The position numbers were made by a program, and so were the translations under genes. DNA of 64,000 nt from assembly GCA_963666285.1 (NCBI GenBank), contig OY762711.1; one strand, given 5' to 3'. This document shows positions 59,024 through 64,000 of the stretch, in pieces; positions within the stretch are counted from its first letter, which is position 1; every line of letters starts with the position of its first letter. Below the pieces are notes generated by a model. The model worked only from the letters and a program-made list of their open reading frames with translations. It was not told the DNA's origin and did not search any database. The DNA is from Sedimentisphaerales bacterium. GTDB taxonomy: Bacteria; Planctomycetota; Phycisphaerae; Sedimentisphaerales; SM23-30.

Positions 59024-59029
59024 TTGATA

Positions 59030-59250
59030 GTTGGTTAACAGATAACTGATGAATGTTGCAATTGCAAATGACCGAAAACCTCAGAGTATCTACAACGAGG
59101 TAGGTCGGTGCGGTGGTTGATCGATTGTAGGATCGTCACGCTAAACATTTACCGCGTAATGCGGTTTTGTGTGTTGGACGCTTGAGTGTTTGAGTGTAAG
59201 TTATGTATTTCTTTACACTTAACTCCTCAACATCTCCCACACCAAACTCC
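59030..59250 (+). ncRNA. Candidate structured non-coding RNA, family not recognised
   Basis: Directly after the promoter; manually folded three-way junction 59057-59163 followed by a long hairpin 59164-59248. Confidence 0.45.
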
Positions 59251-60101
59251 TGCGCGAGTTAATGTTTATAAATAGATGATATAAGATACTGTATATCAGA
59301 TATTTAGATGCTTTCCTGCACACCTGCAAACTACGATCTTGTGAGTATAATGACAGAATATGTACGCCTGTTAAGCCGGCTTCTGATGGCAAGGCTGTCG
59401 GTAAATAAATCGCCTGACAATGGCAATTTACGCAGGATTGCATATTGAGACGAAACCCGCCGTGAAAGAGACTCACCATCATGGCATGTGTCCCGGCAAA
59501 ACACCAGGAAATATACAACGGGGTTCGTAGGCTGCTGATTTTGTCGGCAATCTTTGTAAAATGCTTCTTCAGGCCGGCATTATCGACCATATCCGGAACT
59601 TTCCGGGCATGAGAAAGCAGCAAACGCGGCACAAGGAACGCAACGGAATAGGTTATTGTCATTATTCCGATTGCAAGAAATGCTTTGTACTGCCAAAATA
59701 GATTGAGGAATTGCCAGACGCAGTGTACTCTGCTTTTGGCCGGTTACCCTCGGTTATTACCGGGAAACCGCACCATATATCTTGTTTCTGGCATAACAAA
59801 GCTCAATGCCCGGAGAAGCTCACGCTATTGCAGCACGATTCAGTTTTCTGAAACCAGCTAAAACTTAAAACTGAAAACAAAACAAAGAAAGGAAACACAG
59901 TTACCCGCAAAAACCTGATATACATGAATAACAAAAATAATCTTGTCACCTCAATGGTTGTTTTATAAACTATTCAACAGTAAACAACATGAATAGGATT
60001 TCCATATGTGAACCTTTGCGCGCGAGGCGTTTATATATTCTCATAATTTACATCAATACATATTTGGAAATTGTCTATCTAATTTTATAGGAAAGGCAGC
60101 C

Positions 60102-63056
60102 ATGAGATCTAATATTCAATTATTTAAAGCTCTATCTATCGTACTGGTTTCTGCATCTCTATGTACACAGCTTTACGCCCGAACCTCTGAATCTTTCGAC
60201 AAAGGCTGGCTGTTCGCTCGTTTCGGCGACACCCCTGCCGGTAAAGTTGACGAACCTGCCAATCTTGAAACTCCAAACCTTGACGATTCCTCCTGGCGAA
60301 AACTCAACGTCCCGCACGACTGGGGTATTGAAACTGATTTCATCGAAAGTGAAGAAAACAGTACCGGCAAACTCATGTTCTACGGCATAGGTTGGTATCG
60401 CAAACACTTCTTCGTTCCTGAATCTGACAATGGCAAAAGCTTTTTCATCCAGTTTGACGGTGTTATGAGCCACCCTACTATCTACCTGAACGGCCAATTA
60501 GTCGGCCAATGGGAATATGGCTACAGCTCTTTTGGTTTCGACCTTTCACCCTACATCAAATTCGGCCGGGAAAACGTCATTGCCGTCAGAGTCGATAACC
60601 CGCCCAAGTCTTCTCGATGGTATCCAGGCGGCGGCATATACCGTCACACGTGGCTCACTAAATCCGACCCTGTCCATGTCAGCCATTGGGGAACTTACAT
60701 TACAACACCGATAATCAGTAAAGATAACGCTACTGTTAAAATTGAAACTTCTATCGATAACTTATACAACACCGATGTCATTGTTAACATCAGCCATGTG
60801 ATCAAGGAAAAGAACACCGGCAAAGTCATAGCCGGCTCTTCCAGCCTTGAGTGTGTTGTCCCTATGGGCACTGAAACTAAATCCTGCACTCAGGATATCA
60901 CAATTAGCAATCCAAATTTATGGGATATCCAAAACCCGAACCTCTATATCGCTGAAACCAGGATTGCCAAAGATGGCTTTATTGTTGATACTTACCAATC
61001 TACTTTCGGTATTCGTTCTATCGAATGGAATCCCGACAAAGGCTTTCTGCTCAACGGTGAAATTGTAAAACTCAACGGCGTTTGTCTTCATCACGATCTC
61101 GGACCGCTCGGTTCGGCCGTTCACGACCGGGCTATACAGCGTCAGATTGAGATCATGCAGGATATGGGCGTCAATAGTATCCGTACCAGCCATAATCCGC
61201 CTGCCCCGGAACTTATCAAATACTGCGATGAGATGGGCATAGTCGTCCTCGACGAAATGTTTGACTGCTGGGAACGCGGCAAAACCGATAATGATTACCA
61301 CAAGTGGTTCAAAGACTGGTATGAAAAAGATATTACAAACCTTATCAAAAGAGATAGAAACCATCCTTGTGTTATCGCATGGAGCAGTGGTAATGAAATA
61401 CTGGAACAATGGAAAGGCAACCATGTCTCACAGATGCTTACCGACCTTTACCATAAACTGGAACCTACCAGGCTGGTTACCGCCGGATGCAATAGCACCT
61501 CCAGCTATAAAACTGGTTTTAATGAAACCTTCGACGTCTACGGCTTCAACTACAAGCCTCACCTGTACGCCGAATTTAAACAAATGCACCCCAACCAGCC
61601 GGTATACAGTAGCGAGTCTGCGTCCTGTATCAGCTCTCGCGGTGAATATTACTTCCCTGTCAGCGATGTTAAAAGCGAAGGGTTCTTTAATTTCCAGGTC
61701 AGCTCTTACGATCTCTATGCTCCCGGATGGGCAATGAAACCTGATATCGAATTCTACGGCCAGGATAAATATCCTTTCGTTGCGGGCGAATATGTTTGGA
61801 CCGGATTTGATTATATCGGCGAACCTACCCCGTATAACAATGACAAGACTCTGCTTATCAATTACCATACAGAAGAAGAACGTAAAGCCATTGAAGAAAA
61901 ACTAGCTAATATCAAAGGCAGCCCTTCTCGAAGTTCTTATTTCGGCATCGTAGACCTGTGCGGATTCAAAAAGGATAGATTCTATCTGTATCAGGCACGC
62001 TGGAGACCGCAGCTGCCTATGGCACATATTCTCCCTCACTGGAACTGGCCCGGCCGTGAAGGTGAAATTACACCTGTTCACGTATATACTTCAGGCGATG
62101 AAGCTGAACTGTTCCTGAATGGAAAATCTCTCGGCAAAAAGAAAAAAGCAATCATTGGTCAGGCTGAATCAAAAGAGATCATGCCAATCTCACTTTCCTC
62201 AAAGAAAACTGCCTCTGCTTCCTCTGTTCAGGAAGGCAACCTGGTAGCAAATGGCAACGACAACAATATGAAAACTCGATGGTGTGCAAGCAGTGAAAAC
62301 AAAAATGAAGCATGGACGACCGATCTCGGCAGTATCCAGCCCGTCAAAAGCTGTGTTATATACTGGGAAAAGCAGGCAGGCAACTACTCATATACCGTTG
62401 AAGTTTCTAATAACGAATCCGACTGGTCTGTAGTAGCAGAATCGAAATTCAAAGGCAAAAACAACTGCTCCATCCATACTTTCGATACAAATGCTCGCTA
62501 CCTGAAAGTCAATATCAATGACCTTAACGATAGCACCTGGGCCAGCTTCTACGAATGCCAGGTGTTCAATACCGATAAACCGGATATATACAAGGTTACC
62601 AGCCCCGAATACTATCGCCTGCGATGGGACGATGTCAAATACCAGCCCGGCACACTAAAAGCTGTTGCCTATAAGGATGGTAAAGTATGGGCAACTGACA
62701 CTGTCAGCACTACCGGCGAAGCTGATGCTGTCAAACTCTCACCAGACGCAACCACCATCAAAGCCGACGGTTCTGACCTCTGCTACATAACTGCTGAGAT
62801 CATCGATTCAAACGGCGAAATGGTGCCGCGCACAAACAATTTCGTCCAATTTGAAATCTCTGGTCCTGGCGAAATAATCGCTACCGGTAATGGGGACGCT
62901 ACCAACCCTGATTGCTTCAAAAACACTGGACGCAATGCCTACAACGGCATGGTACTGGCTATTGTCAGATCGATTGAAGGACAAAAAGGAACGATCACCG
63001 TTACCGCCAAATCTGAAGGGTTAAAAACTGATACTGTCTCTTTCAAGGCAAAATAG
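60102..63056 (+). CDS. Secreted GH2 beta-galactosidase-like enzyme with an inserted F5/8 type C (CBM32-like) domain
   Basis: VPHDW, GWYRKHF, SRWYPGGGIYR, GVCLHHD, RTSHNP, WSSGNE, SES and WTGFDYIGEPTP; discoidin motifs TRW, W..DLG, ARYLKV; RBS GGAAAGG. Confidence 0.93.
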   Translation: MRSNIQLFKALSIVLVSASLCTQLYARTSESFDKGWLFARFGDTPAGKVDEPANLETPNLDDSSWRKLNVPHDWGIETDFIESEENSTGKLMFYGIGWYRKHFFVPESDNGKSFFIQFDGVMSHPTIYLNGQLVGQWEYGYSSFGFDLSPYIKFGRENVIAVRVDNPPKSSRWYPGGGIYRHTWLTKSDPVHVSHWGTYITTPIISKDNATVKIETSIDNLYNTDVIVNISHVIKEKNTGKVIAGSSSLECVVPMGTETKSCTQDITISNPNLWDIQNPNLYIAETRIAKDGFIVDTYQSTFGIRSIEWNPDKGFLLNGEIVKLNGVCLHHDLGPLGSAVHDRAIQRQIEIMQDMGVNSIRTSHNPPAPELIKYCDEMGIVVLDEMFDCWERGKTDNDYHKWFKDWYEKDITNLIKRDRNHPCVIAWSSGNEILEQWKGNHVSQMLTDLYHKLEPTRLVTAGCNSTSSYKTGFNETFDVYGFNYKPHLYAEFKQMHPNQPVYSSESASCISSRGEYYFPVSDVKSEGFFNFQVSSYDLYAPGWAMKPDIEFYGQDKYPFVAGEYVWTGFDYIGEPTPYNNDKTLLINYHTEEERKAIEEKLANIKGSPSRSSYFGIVDLCGFKKDRFYLYQARWRPQLPMAHILPHWNWPGREGEITPVHVYTSGDEAELFLNGKSLGKKKKAIIGQAESKEIMPISLSSKKTASASSVQEGNLVANGNDNNMKTRWCASSENKNEAWTTDLGSIQPVKSCVIYWEKQAGNYSYTVEVSNNESDWSVVAESKFKGKNNCSIHTFDTNARYLKVNINDLNDSTWASFYECQVFNTDKPDIYKVTSPEYYRLRWDDVKYQPGTLKAVAYKDGKVWATDTVSTTGEADAVKLSPDATTIKADGSDLCYITAEIIDSNGEMVPRTNNFVQFEISGPGEIIATGNGDATNPDCFKNTGRNAYNGMVLAIVRSIEGQKGTITVTAKSEGLKTDTVSFKAK

Positions 63057-63080
63057 CAGTAATTCAAAGCTAGAATAAAT

Positions 63081-63113
63081 GGGCGTATTGCTTCAATGTA
63101 ATCGCCCTTTTTT
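63081..63113 (+). terminator. Intrinsic terminator after GH2
   Basis: GGGCG(T)ATTGC / GTAATCGCCC stem followed by T6. Confidence 0.7.
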
Positions 63114-63642
63114 ATAATTTGGGAGGTCGCCTGAAACGTACTTTCCACACAACTGCCAAATTGTTAATATTAGCTTGCCGCTTAGCGGCAATCCTTCCCT
63201 AATACCAAATAACAGGGTTATGCAGTATATAACTCTGATTTTTTATTTTAAACTCACCGCTTATTATTTGACTTCTTACATAAAACGTTACTATATAATA
63301 AATTAAATATTCATTTTGTTTTTTAACCTAAACCCCCACACCCTATATTGCCCATATTAACACTTATTTGATTTGATAAAAATATAGCGATTTTTTTACC
63401 TACATATCTCGTTTTATTACACTTACTTACATCACACCAATCAATCTAAACCGCCAGTATCGATAAAAAAATATCAGATAATCCTTGCTTTTTTATCGAA
63501 CTCGAGTTACATTATTATTATAGATATTCGATACTTGATCGTTCAGCGCATTATCATCTTGCTATAACTTTCTGTTTTTTGCGCTTTGGTATAAAAAGTT
63601 TTTGGGCTTTCTTAACATTCTATTTAGAGAAAGGTTTAAGCT

Positions 63643-64000
63643 ATGTTTGTTACTGAACAGCAAAACCTGATAAATGAGATAAGCCAGCTGGTGAAATCTC
63701 ATGGGACCAATCGCAGTGCACTTATTCCTATCCTGTCACAAATCCAGAAAGAGTATTCTTACATATCAGAACACGCCATGTTGGTAGTCGCTGATATGCT
63801 TGAAATTCCACCTGTAGAAGTATACGGTGTCGCTTCTTTCTACAGCTTCCTGGACCAGAAACCAAAAGGCAAATTCATCATCAGGCTATGCAAAACTATT
63901 TCTTGCGATATGCTTGGCAAAGATAAAGTTGCCGGCCAGCTGGAAAACGAACTGGGTATTAAATTTGGCGAAACCACTAAGGATGGCAAATTCACTCTCG
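63643..64000 (+). CDS. NuoE/24 kDa-like [2Fe-2S] subunit of an NAD(P)-linked hydrogenase or dehydrogenase; partial, runs off the window
   Basis: Manual translation from ATG 63643: MFVTEQ...ALIPILSQIQKEYSYIS...VYGVASFYSF...KGKFIIRLCKTISCDMLG...GETTKDGKFTL; RBS GAAAGG; absent from the ORF track. Confidence 0.88.
   Translation, partial: MFVTEQQNLINEISQLVKSHGTNRSALIPILSQIQKEYSYISEHAMLVVADMLEIPPVEVYGVASFYSFLDQKPKGKFIIRLCKTISCDMLGKDKVAGQLENELGIKFGETTKDGKFTL

Noticed and set aside
59046..59109. Hammerhead ribozyme-like words CTGATGA ... GAAA ... stem ... TA
   Set aside because: Stem II lacks the closing pair next to the core, there is an extra A after GAAA, and no stem I can form. The alternative three-way fold explains the sequence better.
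59060..59160. c-di-GMP-I or glycine riboswitch resemblance (GCAAA, GAAA, CTAAAC, ACCGAA, CTCAG)
   Set aside because: The words are not in the required order or pairing context; GAAA does not cap a stem.
59219..59662. 147 aa minus-strand ORF as an intact gene
   Set aside because: No RBS, no recognisable family, and its 3' end runs into the periodic hairpin; treated as a possible relic only.
249..63148. Numerous 60-220 aa ORFs overlapping or antisense to long genes (e.g. 693-1346, 18263-18928, 19471-20025, 60918-61424)
   Set aside because: Shadow ORFs of well-supported genes with no motifs or RBS; most frequent in the GC-richer genes, as expected by chance.
1..64000. tRNA, rRNA, tmRNA or prophage genes
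   Set aside because: No cloverleaf/T-loop signatures, rRNA-like tracts or phage hallmark proteins were noticed by eye; a tRNAscan/Rfam run would be needed to exclude them formally.

Overview
Bacterial chromosomal window, most likely from an anaerobic planctomycete (Phycisphaerae/Sedimentisphaerales-like). This is inferred from the H-X9-DG prepilin protein, the LamG/Ig/dockerin-like secreted protein, a PEP-CTERM remnant and planctomycete-type GspK and nrdR contexts. Layout: (1) 0.15-12.9 kb, a complete fructan/fructoside utilisation locus (DUF2961/GH172-like, GH32, LamG protein, prepilin-type protein, fructokinase, sugar porter, GntR/LacI-type regulator, DUF1080) with no SusC/SusD pair. (2) 13-20.8 kb, an accessory region with a decayed C-type lectin/PEP-CTERM gene and a GH2-DUF2264-DUF3147 block bracketed by two copies of a ~160 bp palindromic repeat; a third copy is at 44.9 kb. 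(3) 20.8-34.4 kb, housekeeping genes (PPIase, LOG, infC with an AUA start, thrS, PTS IIA, KamA-like), a degenerate ribokinase, orphan gspHIJK-like pseudopilins, and nrdR plus a tandem ATP-cone protein. (4) 34.5-50.6 kb, an AT-rich MoxR/DUF58/BatA/giant vWA-TPR module. (5) 50.7-58.6 kb, Gfo/Idh/MocA-oppABCD-dacB. (6) 58.6-60.1 kb, a long intergenic region with a consensus sigma70 promoter followed by a candidate structured ncRNA. (7) A second GH2 and the 5' part of a nuoE-like gene. No rRNA, tRNA, CRISPR array or intact transposase was seen. All family assignments come from motif recognition by eye, not database searches.
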